This document shows, piece by piece, positions 1 to 13,250 of a stretch of 63,536 bases of DNA. This stretch comes from Octopus bimaculoides. Taxonomy: Eukaryota. Below the pieces are notes generated by a model. It made no database searches. It was not told where the DNA came from and saw only the letters and a list, made by a program, of their open reading frames with translations. The translations under genes and the position numbers were made by a program. The stretch spans positions 61,881,217-61,944,752 of the forward strand of contig NC_068990.1 in the NCBI RefSeq assembly GCF_001194135.2, read 5' to 3'. Every line of letters begins with the position of its first letter. The first letter of the stretch is position 1.

Positions 1-408
1 CAATGATTTCACTGTGACCATGCTGGTGTAGCATCTTGAGGGTGCTTTTTAGTTGAACAAGTTAACCCCAGGACATTATTTTTTTTTTCAAAACTGAGTG
101 CTTATTCTATTGGTATCTTTTGCTGAACTGTTAAGTTATGGGGACGTAAACATACCAGCACTTGTTGGTGAGGAGACAAACACAGATACAAAAACAAATA
201 TACATACACATACACACACACACACACACATACATACATACACGTGATGGATTTCTTTCCATTTCCATCTACCAAATCCACTCACAAGACTTTGGTTGGC
301 CCAAGGCTATAGTAGAAGACACTTGCCCAAGATGCCACACAGTGGGACTGAACCTGGAACAATGTGGTTGGGAAGTAAGCTTCTTGCCACACAGCCACTC
401 GTGTGCCT
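1..408 (-). mobile_element. SINE family A (tRNA-derived, ~400 bp, central CA/TA microsatellite)
   Basis: A-box TGGCTGTGTGG and B-box GGTTCAGTCCC on the minus strand; about 17 homologs in the window. Confidence 0.85.
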
Positions 409-1085
409 ACAAATATATATCTAACAAAAATGACAGAACTTCCCCACCGCATTTTATGATCATCACTTCAGTTTATACTTAAAGTAAAGGGACTGTGATT
501 TAGATAAGCTATATGTAGTAGTAGTAGTAGCAAGTTAAGAGCCAATGTATGCTATGAAAGAGACCTATTAAATAGTTGGGAGCAATGCACAAGTCTAACA
601 CATGGATATTCCAATGTTAAATCTGTCCATGTCAGGTGTTGGTTTAACTTATGTTATTTTTATTGTGGTGCTTATAACTTGTGCTCTCCATTTTACAGAT
701 AAAATGGGTGTCACTTCATGATGATTTGGCAGTTATATTGAGCTACTTAGGTCAAGTGATAATGTAGATGCTCCCTCATGGCTCACATTGTATGTAGTAG
801 TCATTACTCGAATGAATGACGTGTAATTAAACTCCAATAAAACAAAAAGAGGGAAGAAAAAAAATTATTCAAACTTTAAAACAAATATGATTAAGGACTA
901 AAAACATTGTCACTGAAGAGGCTTAGAAAAAGTACCGAAGCAATAAAATAGAGCAGAGTGTTGTTAATACAGTTTATAAGCCTTGAGACTAGAGACATAA
1001 ACAAACATGGCTAAAACACACACACACACGCACACCGGATTGAACTAGTTTGGTCAAGTGACAACATAGAAAATTCCTCACTGGG

Positions 1086-1313
1086 TTAAGCCTTTTGTTA
1101 CCATATTTCTGTCAACATATGCAGCCTTTGTTTCAATTGATTCTTAAAATAATTAAGAATTTAGTAAAATAACTTTTTCATTATTAAGCTACAGTCTAGA
1201 ACAAATTAGCATAAAATTTTGATGGAAAATTATAATGTAGACCACTTTAAAATGGTAAGTTTATGTCATGAGACCTGAAGCAGTCTCAGGCAGGTTGGTA
1301 TCAAAGGAGTTAA
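1086..1313. mobile_element. piggyBac-like MITE, family 1
   Basis: TTAA-GCCTTTTGTTACC ... GGTATCAAAGGAG-TTAA; reverse homolog of 48727-49165. Confidence 0.65.
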
Positions 1314-1426
1314 GTTAAATGAAACTGTGAACAGATGTTATGAAGTAATAACAATTTGATAAAGTGAAAATGCAACATATTGTCAGAAAAGTGATAATTT
1401 GGTTTTTCAACGCACACACACATATA

Positions 1427-1563
1427 TATGAGTGGGTGTTGAAAAGTTCCTGGGTTTGGGTAAAAGAAAATACAGGAGGATCAGTTAATTATGATTTTAT
1501 TTAACAAATTCTCCTCTCAGATTGACACTTATTGCAACAATCATTTGGTTTTTATAAGCCTTT

Positions 1564-1613
<50 letters not shown>

Positions 1614-1682
1614 GGTTGGGTTTCCAACTAGGCCTTTCATGAAGAACCCTTAAGTCAGGAACTTTTCAGCACCCCTTTCTAT
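1427..1682 (+). mobile_element. Tc1/mariner-type MITE, copy 1 (internal poly-A expansion)
   Basis: TIR GGGTGTTGAAAAGTTCCTG / CAGGAACTTTTCAGCACCC; homologous to the 43240 and 48833 copies. Confidence 0.8.
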
Positions 1683-1956
1683 TGTAATGAAATGCTAATT
1701 TCATGTCATTCATAATGGTAAATTATATTTAAATTATCATCAAATAAATATGCTCAACTTAGATGAAAATATTTATTATGCTAGAATTATAGTAAATGAA
1801 GTTGATTCAAAACAGTTGATTGAAATAAAATTCATAGAGTATGACTGACTGAAGCACTCGTAACAGATGCTCAAAACAGCAATTAATCAAATTTTTAAAA
1901 AATATTAAAATAATTTCATTTCAAAATGGTTATAATTGTTATATTTTATTCTTTTT

Positions 1957-2548
1957 ATCTTTTTCTTGTTTCATTTGTTAGACTGTGGCCATGCTGGGAA
2001 ACTGCCTTAAATAATTTCAGTCAACGAACAGACCCTAATATTTATTCTACTGGTCTCTTTTGCCAAACCACTAAGTTAATGGAGAGATAAACACACCAAC
2101 ACTGGTTGTCAACCAGTGTGGGGACAAACACACACACACACACACACACAAACCACAGATAAGATCCAGAGATTCTCCGTATTGAAGACACAGTGCTCAG
2201 AAGATTCAAACTTAGACTCTGATGTCTTTACAGGGGATGGATTCCGCAAAGTAAAGAATGGCCGTAAGAGGGATAAGTTGAGTAGATACAGAGGCAATGA
2301 TGTGGATAATCAAATTAGATACATCTCTGTCATTTGTACTCTGCATAAGTTGGACTTATTAATATAAATATTTAGACATAAAACTTCATAATCTGAAAGT
2401 CTCGACCTTTTGCATTCTCTCAGCTTGCATGTATACATATATACATATTTTGTATTTCATACCCAACATAATGTATTTAATATATTCAATGTATCTTATT
2501 TGTTTATCTACATAATTGCCTCTTTCTCTCTCTCTCTATCTATCTATA

Positions 2549-2586
<38 letters not shown>

Positions 2587-2755
2587 TAAATGATGGGCTT
2601 CTTTCAGTGCCCGTCCAACAGATCCACTCACAAGGCTACGGTTAGCCTGAGGTTATAGTAGAAGACACTTGCTCAAGGTGCCAAGCAGAGGGATTGAACT
2701 CAGAACCATGTGGTTAGGTAGCAAACTTCTTATCACACAGCCACTCCTGCATCTA
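1957..2755 (-). mobile_element. SINE family A, split by a nested insert
   Basis: 3' half 1957-2157, 5' half 2588-2755. Confidence 0.8.
2158..2520. mobile_element. Unclassified insert splitting a SINE at its microsatellite
   Basis: Non-SINE sequence lying between the 3' half (1957-2157) and 5' half (2588-2755) of one family A SINE. Confidence 0.5.
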
Positions 2756-3424
2756 TACTGAAATGTTTTTACATCAAATCATAAAAGCCTATGTATTTTT
2801 ATATGTGAGCAGGCAAATGTATTTGAGTCTAAAAACAGTGCTTTTAGACTCAAACATAAGCCTAACTTCCACATATTTGCAGTGTTCTCTATCATCAGAG
2901 CATAACCATTTTATACAATTTATCAGATTGCTAATTTTTTTATACACCGTTAGCATCAGTTTCAAATATTGATTCAGTAACCACAGATATAGAATTATCT
3001 AGGATTTGGCTCACTTGGATGGGAGATTTATCACCCAGTTTAAGAACGCAGCTGACACCTCAGATGTCTTTAGCAGAGTCCACTTTGATTTAACCAGTGT
3101 ATGCTTTGAGGATACCTATCTCTCTCCCTTTCACCAAATCTCAAAGACCTTGGTGAATGGTCATGAATGCAGCCATACAAGAACATAAATATCAACTACA
3201 TTGGTATACAGTCGGCACAGACAAATATATGCATGATATTTAACATAAGTTTAACAGTTACTTCTATGAAGCCTTCTCATGCATGGAAACAGAATTTCTT
3301 TTACAGGTGGTCTGATTGTGAGTTACTTTTGTATATGTCGCGCAAAGTCTCTATTCACTTTGACTACATCCCCACTCCACTCAGTCAAAGGGCCCTGTCT
3401 TTTGAGTTACTTGGGGACCTCACT

Positions 3425-3590
3425 AATGTTGATGCCACATAAAAAGCACCCAGTACAATCAGTAAAGTAGTTGGCATTAGGAAGGGCATCCAGCTGTAGA
3501 AACCTTGCCAAAGTAAATAGTGGAGACCAACACAGTCTTCAAATTAGTTGGATCCTGTCGAAACATCTAACTCATGCCAGCAATGGACAT
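3425..3590 (+). mobile_element. SINE family D
   Basis: Homolog of 26010-26222. Confidence 0.75.
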
Positions 3591-3813
3591 TAAACCTTTA
3601 GCATTCAAACTGACCATATCCAGCCAAAATATTCTACATGTTTTATATTCAAACTAGCTGATACAATCTCTCACACCTACCCAACAATGTCCTAAAAACA
3701 AGCAATTACATCATGAAAATCTCAAAGCTACAAGATAATCCATGAATAATTCAAAACAATGCTAATAAATAAGCATTATATTTGACAGAATAATCTGAAT
3801 GCTAAATGGATAA
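3590..3813. mobile_element. piggyBac-like MITE, family 2
   Basis: TTAAACCTTTAGCATT ... AATGCTAAATGGATAA; homologous to 38792-39016. Confidence 0.65.
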
Positions 3814-4117
3814 ATGATGATAATGATGATGATGATGATGACTGCTTATGGCTCCTCTTATATCCCTTGGGATCAGTCTGTATTTCTTGAGCATCCATAG
3901 TTTATCAGTTGCATTTTATTCCTTCATCTTGAATAGCAATTAAATTTATATCTTATGCTAATGGAAAGAACAAACTATTTGAAAGTGGTGCCTCTTTGAA
4001 TTTACATTTACGGTATGAATTCGTATCTGGTTTTCAAAGCAGAAGGCTTGAAGAAGCTGAAAGCAAAACTTCTTTGACTTTTCCATTACTTAACATTAAA
4101 TACAGGCTACATGTCAG

Positions 4118-4274
4118 TGCCTGTGTGGCTGTGTGGTAAGAAGTTTGCTTCCCAACCACATGGTTCCAGGTTCAGTCCCACTGTGTGGTACTTTGGGCAA
4201 GTGTCTTTCACTATAGCTTCAAGCCCACCAAAGCCTTGTGAGTGAATTTGATGGATGAGAACTAACACCATCAC

Positions 4275-4305
<31 letters not shown>

Positions 4306-4505
4306 CATGTGTCTTTCTGTTTGTTTGTTCTCCATCCTCATAACTTAGTGGTTCAGCAAAAGAGACCACTAGAATAAGTACCATGCCTAAAAAAAGAAAC
4401 AAGAAAAAAATAAGAACTGAGGTTGATCCATTTGACTAAAAATTCCTCAAGGTCGTGCCCTAGCATGGCCACAGTCTAATGACAGAAACAAGTATGGCAA
4501 AAGAA
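4118..4505 (+). mobile_element. SINE family A
   Basis: Full-length homolog. Confidence 0.85.
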
Positions 4506-6594
4506 AAAAGAACTAACTTTGTTAGCCTGCAAAGTTTATAGAAGGAAAGGTAGTCGTGTAATAAAATATGGGAGTTGTCCCAAATAGATAAAATATGTTA
4601 GTTTGAAGTTTAATGAAAAAACGATATTCTTAATTTTTTCAGTTCACTTTTATCAAGATCCAATATTTACAGTCTCTTCAAGCTAAAATGATAAACTAGA
4701 TTTAATACCAAAAGTCAATAAGCTTTCTGAAAAATAAATAAAAACAACTGCTTTGCTGTAAAAAAAAAAAAAAAAAGGGGTCAAGCATTAATGAAAGGCA
4801 AAGATAGGCTGAAAAGCAAATGATAATGCACATTTTTATCAAACTAGCCCCGTTTCAATGTTAAAACTTTTATCTTCACATATGAGCAGAGATAGGTAAA
4901 AGCTGGCTATGCATAAACACAGCATCGTAATGACAAGCATTCAACAGCACTGCACAGTTATATCATTAAGGTGTGTATATAATCAATTAAAGTTCAGTTA
5001 GCTATGAACTAGATAAGTAACCTTGGGGTACTTCTTAGTATACAGATTATTGAACATACAGATACATGTGATTAGGCATAAATAGGATAAAGCAATCACT
5101 ATAGTTTGCATGTTCCTATCTATTTCTCTCTCTCTCTCTCTCTCATGCGCACCTGTATGCAAACACACATCCAATAAGTTTAACTTAGCGTCCAATATGT
5201 AGAGCAGTGCTTCCAAGAGCTCTGCTAATTATCTAATAATCTGATTACTGATGATATAAAGTATACCTGACTTTATTTCACACAATGAGCTATCATAGAA
5301 CTCACACCCAGCTTGACAAGAAAGAATTTTAAAATAAAAGAAGCAAAAAAGAAAAAGAAAAAAGAAAATGATATACACAACAAATGTAAAAGATACATGA
5401 ATATCTACTCCCAACAAATGTTAGTGGGGAAAAAGACTGCAAGCAGATAAGGAGGAATTTTATAAAGAACCTTACATGAAGCTATCTTATATAGTCACTT
5501 GAATTAAGAATTATCTAACACAAAATAAAATAAGAAAAGGTAAGAAGTCACATGAACACACTGATAAGAAAATTAACAGCCATTGATGACAACCTTGAAT
5601 TTTTACATAAAATATAGAAATAAAATATCCTGATTAATAACACTCTACAAGTTTGTTTGTATAGTCATGGTGACCTTAAACTTTCTATGGTTTCAATGTT
5701 TTTAATTTTTTTTTTTCCTTTTTCAGCAGTTTCGATAGTTTGAAAACTTACAAGCAATTTCTGTTATATTTACCATCATGCAGAACAACTACTGAGGTAA
5801 ACTAAAACAGCATTCTCTAAAAAATTGAAGCAATTTCCTAAGTGTACCACAGTGCTGTATGAGTTTTGTTTAGTTAACAAGAAATATTTACAACAGAACT
5901 AAAGCAACTTAGAATATATTTAGGCTGTTATAAACAAAACTCCACTCTATCTAATGTCGTGCTTGTGTAATGAAATAAGTTTAGTACATAATAAAAAAGA
6001 TGAAACATCTTACTTTGCTGTTCAAACACCTAACATTTTCCCCCAGCTCACTTCTATGAACTTCAACTGTTGAAATTCTGGATTAACTGGCTTAGTGTCA
6101 ATCCTATATTAACCATAAGGATCACAAACTTAGTCTAGTATTATATTACAAAAATATATAATGATTATTACCTAAAGTGGATTAAGTTCTCTATAAATTA
6201 GCAGAAAAATTTCTATTGAAAGGCACTGATGTTGCGTTAATTTCAAGGCCAAACTTCACATTTATTTCCGCTACATCAAATGGTATGGGGGAATTGTCCT
6301 TCCTATAAGATTTGAGCTATTTACCTGCCATCATGGGTTGGGCAGGTTATCACAGTCCAAACCAGCTCTTATCCAGAGTTACTTTACTCCTACATTGTTT
6401 GGGGCCCAGGTGCCATTTGTATTATTTTATTCCTGGCATGGTCTCTCTAGTGGTGCTCTTCTTAGCACTACCTGCTTACAGAATGAACTAATTGCATTTT
6501 ATATATATACAGCAGCAGCAGCAGATGATGATGATGATGGTGGTGTTGGTGGTTATTGTCGTCCTCACCACCACCACCGTTATTATTATCATCA

Positions 6595-6800
6595 TGATCA
6601 AACATCGATTTTCCGTACTGACATGGGATGAACAGTTTGGCAGAAGCTGGCAAGCTGAAGGGCAACACCAGGCTCCACTATTCTGATTTAGCATGGTTTC
6701 TATGGCTGGATGATCTTCCTGACACCAACCACTTTACAGAGTGTACTGGATGTCTTTTCATGTGGTACTAGCATTCATGGGGGGTGGGGTGGGGGTGTCA
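6595..6800 (-). mobile_element. SINE family D
   Basis: Reverse homolog with (ATC)n tail. Confidence 0.7.
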
Positions 6801-7217
6801 CCAAGTAGTTTGCAAGACAAGGATTTCACAACTGAGAGAGGGAGATATATGTATGAATATGTCTGTGTGGGTATGCTTGTATTTATATTAACACACACAC
6901 ACACACATATATGTATGGGTATATATATATATACATATATATACACACACACATACATTAGTTTTAGTTGCTCAATTTTCTCCAGACTCTCATTTACTCT
7001 AGCTGACCAAAGCGCCTGATAGTCATAACTGGTTTGGGTCTTTGTCAGATTTAAAAGGTTCATCTTTCAGTCTGCTCTCTGTCTAGTGTTTGGTAGATCT
7101 GTGTGGAACCCTACACAGCAATTGGGTGGCTTTCTTGCATTAGTCATTTAACTGATTTCTTCTGAAAAGCATTTTTATTATGGAAAGTATTTATGTGTCT
7201 GCTTCCTTGATGTAGAT

Positions 7218-7478
7218 CAGTGGCACTCAACCAACTTTTGCCTAAGAACTTCTTTCATTCTTATTTTACTCTACTGGACATCCCCCCTAACTCTTTGATG
7301 TTTAAATAAAATCCCATTATATCTTTTATAACTGAATGTTATTAGGAATTGTGTTAAACAAAAAATTGTCAAAATATTTTGTGTATTGTAGAAGTACAAC
7401 CAATTTTATTCCACATAAATTTTAACAAAATCTTACATGAATCCCCTAGAGTCATATGAACCCTGGTTGAAAACCTCA
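7218..7478. mobile_element. hAT-like MITE
   Basis: Decayed CAGTGGTTCTCAACC-type TIRs; interior homologous to 52395-52599. Confidence 0.5.
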
Positions 7479-7879
7479 GAGAACATAGTGTAGAGTAGAT
7501 GCACTGTTTTCCAAGTGATTTCTCTCATATCAATACTGTGAAAAGTATTTGATAGAATTCTCTTTGACACAATGTAAAATGAAATCTAAAATGCTCTTTT
7601 TGGTTTCAGACCTAGTAGAGGCATTGTATCATTTATACATACACGCATGTATTGTCATTATCATTTTAACATTCACTTTTCTAAGCTTGCAAGGGGTGGA
7701 TAGAGTTTACTGAGGCAAATTTTCTACAACAGGTGAGGGTTAGCCCTTCAGGTTGCCAGCCCTCACCTGTTTCCAAGGAAGGTAACATTTCCCAATGACC
7801 AGACATGTTCTCTTGATGAATATTGGAACTGAATGATGCTATTTGCATGACAGTGACAATTATTTTACAACTAGACAAG

Positions 7880-8020
7880 GAAACACACACATATACATAT
7901 ATATGTATATGTACACACACAAATGATGAACTTCTTTAAGTTTCTGTCTACCAAAGCCACTCACAAGGCTTTAGTTGGCCCAAGTCTTTAGTAGAAGACA
8001 CTTGACCAAGATGCCATGTA
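7880..8020 (-). mobile_element. SINE family A, partial
   Basis: Central-domain homology. Confidence 0.75.
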
Positions 8021-9032
8021 GACAGACTGAATACATACATACATATGTCTGTATGCGTATACCCACACACTCACTTTAGAGTAACATGGATCACATATTT
8101 CTGATGCATGAGAAACTAGCTTTTGAAGGTGCAACAAAATTTAGCAGGTAAAATCTTGGAACAAGAAACAAAATTACAAATATACATTCTTTTACTTTAA
8201 AGAGCAGCATCTTAGATCATGGTAAGCACTTTTAAGAATGTAGCTAAAGTTTTAATTTTATTAATACAACAATGAAATGTTGAATATGTACATAAAAAAT
8301 CATCTATATCCTGAGTGAATAATACAAATTTGGGATCTCTAAACCAATGCTGGCAGCAGGAATATTTAAAGGAAAAGAAAATTTTCCCACCTCAGTGCCA
8401 ATTGTTTTATCTGAGATAAGATATAGAAGAATACACTGAAAATGAATCAAAAAGTTTTGGCAAATGTAGTTATAAAGATTTTTCACTTAGATAAATGTTA
8501 TCCAGATTTACATTATGATAAATATCTGAACAGATGAAGTTTTTGGCATTTAGGCTCAGGAAGTTGGTATCTAATCACAGATGCTGCACTTTATCTTTGA
8601 GCAAGATACTTAACTCTAGCACTTGCTATCTCAATCCATGAAGCAGGAAATTATGTACAAAACAATCTGAAAATGGATAGATTCTGCCAATTTATAAACA
8701 CCCAAGAGATATTCTATTCAAATCTTGAAATGATAAAGGAAAAAAAAAATCAATTTGTAAATATAAACACAGAGAAGTGATTCTGTTTTGATGAGAAAGT
8801 GTCTGGTCCAGAGGCTCCATAAACAACGCTACGTGAAGTTTAGCTTGAGGTTGATCCATTCAGATCTTAACAGAAAGGCTAGAAGAATATGGAAATTTGT
8901 TGCAATGTCTGTGAAAAACTGACATGAAGAACTCAAACATATCACCCAACATATGTTTTTGAACACATTATTTTCTTTAAAGACTTAAATACTATCATTA
9001 TAAACTTTTATCAACCAAAACTTTTTTCCCAT

Positions 9033-9065
<33 letters not shown>

Positions 9066-9066
<1 letters not shown>

Positions 9067-9520
9067 TGGTTTCAAATTTTGGCACAAGGCCAGCAATTGT
9101 GTAGGAAAGTGCAAGTCTGACCTCAATGCTCAACTGGTACTTATTATTTTATCAACCCTGAAAGGATGAAAGGCAAAGTCAACCTCGGCAGCATTTGAAC
9201 TCAGAATGTAAAGTCAGAAGAAATACCACTGAATACTTCTTCCAGCATAGTTACAATTCTACCAGCTTGCTGACTTATTTTAGAATAATAACAATAGTAA
9301 TGATTTCAAATTTTGGCACAATGCCAGCAATTTCTGGAGAGGGGGAAACTCAATTACATTAACCCTAGTGTTCAACTGGTACTTATGCTATCAATCTTGA
9401 AAGGATAAAAGGCAAAGTCAACCTTGGCGGAATTTGAACTCAGAATGTGTAGACGGACGAAATGCTGCTAAGCATTTTGCCTGGCTTGCAAATGATTCTG
9501 TCAGCTCACTGTCTTCTTTT
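9066..9520 (-). mobile_element. Two tandem SINE family B copies (tRNA-derived, ~210 bp, (ATT)n tails)
   Basis: AGCTGGCAGAATC A-box and GAGTTCAAATTCC B-box on the minus strand; copies 9066-9270 and 9300-9520. Confidence 0.85.
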
Positions 9521-9540
9521 ATTATGATGATGATAATAAC

Positions 9541-9575
<35 letters not shown>

Positions 9576-10099
9576 AAAAAGTTTACATGTTGGTTACCTT
9601 TCTTTTTAATTAGTTCTTGTCTATCCAGAGGGCTTCATAATACCAGATGAAATGAAGAATTTCTATAGTCGTAACAAGCTTTTACAAAAGATATTTCATA
9701 ATAATACCGATGACATATTTTTGAATAGTGTAACAGGATTTAGCAGCTAAAATCTCAGAACAATAAACAAAATTGCAAATATACGTTTATTTTAGATGGT
9801 AAGAAATTGAATGGCTAGTGATAAATACCTCTGTCAATTGCCCCAGATATTATAGTTCAGTTTGGTGTTTGCCAATACCATGAAGTTGTCTGTCAGCTTG
9901 ACCAGGTTAAGTTGAGCATTTGTTTCATTGGTAACCTGCCCCTCAGCCAGCATAGTACATTAGCCAACGATGTACGCTTTTCACAATAGTTTTAGAACCT
10001 GAATAATAAAGGAAAAGTCATAAAATTAATTACAAAAACTGACATGTGTGAGAATGTGTGTGTGTGTGTGTGAGTGAGTGCCTTTAAAAGTAAAAATAA

Positions 10100-10435
10100 A
10101 GACCCCCTTCAGTCATGAATGACCATGAGATTGCACCTAGAAAATTCCCCGCCAAGGCACAAGTCTGGGCAACGTTATTTTTATGGAAGACCAGCAGTCA
10201 CCCATGCATACCAGCCACCCCTCTCCATGACACTGATATTATCCAAGAGAAAGGCAAAGGCTGATACAGCTTGGCACCAGTGATTTTGCCACCCAATTTC
10301 TACAGTTGAGTGAACTAGAGCAGCATGAAATAAAGTGTCTTGTTCAAGACCATAACACGCGCCCAGTCCGAGAATTGAACTCACTACCTCATGATTGTGA
10401 GCCCAGCACTCTAACCAGTGAGCTATATGCTTTTA
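10100..10435 (-). mobile_element. SINE family C (tRNA head, V-domain-like core)
   Basis: Minus-strand core GTCTTGAACAAGACACTTTATTTCATGCTGCTCTAGTTCACTCAACTGTAGAAAT; homologs at 15782 and 58762. Confidence 0.8.
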
Positions 10436-10789
10436 TGTGGTCAGCTCTGTGTGTCTTTAGCATATATCAAAATACTGTTTTATATTGTGAAGAGCTTGCT
10501 CAGCCTTTTTTTACTGTTTTTGCCATTAGCACCATGATATTTACTTATCCATATGATACTGCTGTATGTAGCGAAGGATGTACAATGTACCTTGCACTAG
10601 TTTCTTTCATAATGTACAGTATTTGATAGCACTTTTTCCATAAAGGAAAAAAGAAAAGTTTCAAAAGAATCACACCAGGCTCTATATGTGAAGTTGGACC
10701 TCCTGTAAGCTTCAATACACTAAAATCATTTTTTTCTGAACATGTACTGCTGAAGTTAGGGTGCATCTAAAATACCCATAAATCTTTTC

Positions 10790-11030
10790 ATCATCATCGT
10801 TTAAGATGTTTTTCGTGCTGTCATGGGATGGATGGTTTGACCAGAGCTGGTATGACCGAGGGCCACACCAGGCACTATTGCCTGTTCTGTTATGGTTTCT
10901 ACAGCTAGATGCCCACAAAGTGTACTAGGTGCCCCTTTTGTGTGACACCAGCTTCAGTGCTTTTAACATTAGCACAAGCATGAGTGTTTTATATGTGGCA
11001 CCAGTGCCAGTGCTTTTTATGTGGCACCAA
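10790..11030 (-). mobile_element. SINE family D
   Basis: Reverse homolog with tandem GTGGCACCAG units. Confidence 0.7.
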
Positions 11031-12634
11031 CACAGATCCATCAATACCAAATCTAAAAAATGTGAATAACAGCCAACAAAAATTGTTTTTGGAGGAAGAG
11101 AAAGTTTAATGTTTGAATAATTGGCTCAAGTCGTCCACTTAACTCTGAAAACTTTCTACAGACTGAATTATATAAACGAGTCTTTATTTTTTTCTAAGAA
11201 CAAGCAGTGTCACTATTATTTTAGTGACTGATACAGAATATTTTATGCGGTAGATTTTGAACTATGTGTTTCGTAGCTTATCTACTTCTTATACTGTTCT
11301 ATATGATATTTAAAACATAATGAAAAAATGTGCTCATAACCATACAGACACACAAAAAAAAAACAAAAAAAAAAAAACACAGAATCAATTTTTAGAATTA
11401 CTAACACTTTCCCTAGAGGATGTAATATAGGTTGAGAGTACGAGGAAGAGTGAGTTATAGCAAGTTTCATTTCTAAGTCAGTTAATCTGGTATATTATAC
11501 AGCAGCTGTGAGAGTAACTACTCAAACAAGTACAAATGAGCTGATTATGGTACTGTTCAAGCAGTGAGCAAGTAGGAAGCCAAGCAGAAGTTAAATTTGA
11601 CATCAAAATTGTAAAACTACAAAATAAGGAAGAAAAACATACAATGAAAATAGAATAAAAAAGAAAGAAAGAAAGAAGCATTAATCGCTGCCAATTGAAA
11701 TCAAAATTACTGATTATAATTTCAGTTGAAAGTTTTCCACGATTGGTCTTCCTTTGCTGTACACATCTCTCAATCCACTCTCTGCAAAGAGTTTTTCTTT
11801 TATGTCTTTTCTTGTGAGTTTCTTTTGATTGAATAAAAATTGTATCATAGCAAGAAATGAGAAGAAGAGAAGGAAAAAAAAAAAAACCCCAGTAATGATG
11901 GGCAGATAGATAACTGGATGAATGGCTGGCAGAAAAAGCTAGTTGTTCATGAGAATTTTTGAGTGGTAATTAATCTTGGTACAGTTTGTGTATAGAACTA
12001 ATACTATTGAACAAGATTGCATGTAACATAATTTAAAAAAGTAATAAAAAAAAAAAAGAAGAAGAAAGCAGATTAAATTTTATTGGAGGAGAAATATTTT
12101 CTGAAAATGTCTTAAACTCATTAGTGAAAAAAAAGACAAAGAAGAAGAAAAAAAAGATGTAGAAATTGTTGGGAGGAAAGAAAAGCCAAGATAAGAGAAT
12201 AGACAGTAGAACATCTTGGAAGTGTCATAGTGAAAGTGTAATTGTTTTCACCAGCTAGGAAATTGAGTTCACTTTAACTGCTGGAGTTTTTGACACAGCT
12301 GACTGACATCAATGTCACAGAGAAAGAAAGAACCTTCAGCATAAGTGTAAATCAAGGGAAATGATATTAGATCAATAAAAAAAAAAGTAAATGAAATATA
12401 AAAAATAAAAGGGGGCAAGTTATTTACATGCATTATCCTCTCGACCCTTGAAATCTATTTCCATATTTATCTCAGTTTATTTGGCAAATAAAAATGTTAG
12501 CCATCACTGAATAATAATAAGCAATATTCTGGTAAAACATTTAATAAAGAACAGATAAAAAAAAAAAACCCAAAAAGCTACTATTCCCAAACCAGACTAT
12601 GATGATGATGATGATAATAATAATAATAATAATA

Positions 12635-12795
12635 ACGCGCTGTTTATCTTAATATGAGATCACCACGTCGTGCACATGTGGTTGCGATGCATGTGCCTGG
12701 TGTACCCTTATTAGAACAATAGCCATGATGGGTATTCTGGGCTTCGTATATTTTACCCTGGTGTCACTTTGATTGCATGCGCTGCTCTCTCACTC

Positions 12796-12829
<34 letters not shown>

Positions 12830-12830
12830 C
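12635..12830 (+). mobile_element. Short element embedded in (AAT)n, probable 3' end of an (AAT)n-targeting retroelement
   Basis: About 160 bp of CpG-containing sequence flanked on both sides by (AAT)n and ending CTCTCTCACTC-(AAT)n. Confidence 0.45.
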
Positions 12831-13250
12831 CAGTAATTTCCGGGGAGTGAGTAAGTTGATTAGATTGGCCCCAGTGCTCAACTGGTACTTATTTTATTGA
12901 CACCTAAAGGGATCAAAGGCTCAGTTGACATCAATGGAATTTGAACTTAGAATGTAAGGACAAACAAAATGCTGCTAAGCATTTTGCATGGCGTGCTAAC
13001 AATTCTGCCAGCTCACCATCTTAATAATGATAAAAATCCATTTTACTAAAGGCACAAGGCCTGAAATTTGGGGGAAAGGGACTAGTTGATTACATCAATC
13101 CCAGTATTTCACTGGTACTTAATTTATCAACCACAAAAAGGATGAGAAGGCAAAGTCAACCTTAGCAGAATTCGAACTCAGAACGTGCAGATGGACAAAA
13201 TGCTGCTAAGCATTTTGCCTGGCATGCTAACAATTCTACCAGCTCACCTC
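12828..13250 (-). mobile_element. Two tandem SINE family B copies
   Basis: 12828-13020 and 13040-13250. Confidence 0.85.

Noticed and set aside
162-482. ORFs inside SINEs (also 20511, 21469, 22763, 35789, 41088, 58774)
   Set aside because: They recur as near-identical peptides in SINE copies and have no coding signature.
4118-4190. tRNA-like A/B boxes
   Set aside because: These are SINE heads with no complete cloverleaf; no tRNA or rRNA gene was found.
700-5796. Plus-strand exon-like segments (700-751 IKWVSLHDDLAVILSYL; 5727-5796 SFDSLKTYKQFLLYLPSCRTTTE)
   Set aside because: Phases are incompatible, no homology is recognised, and strand composition favours a minus-strand host. Not fully excluded without RNA-seq.
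9791-9803. TTTTAG-ATG-GTAAG 3-nt microexon-like pattern (similar on the minus strand near 34550)
   Set aside because: Expected by chance in AT-rich DNA; no supporting context.
9943-9998. Minus-strand exon-like segment SKTIVKSVHRWLMYYAG*
   Set aside because: Good acceptor, but a short unrecognised peptide with no compatible neighbouring exon.
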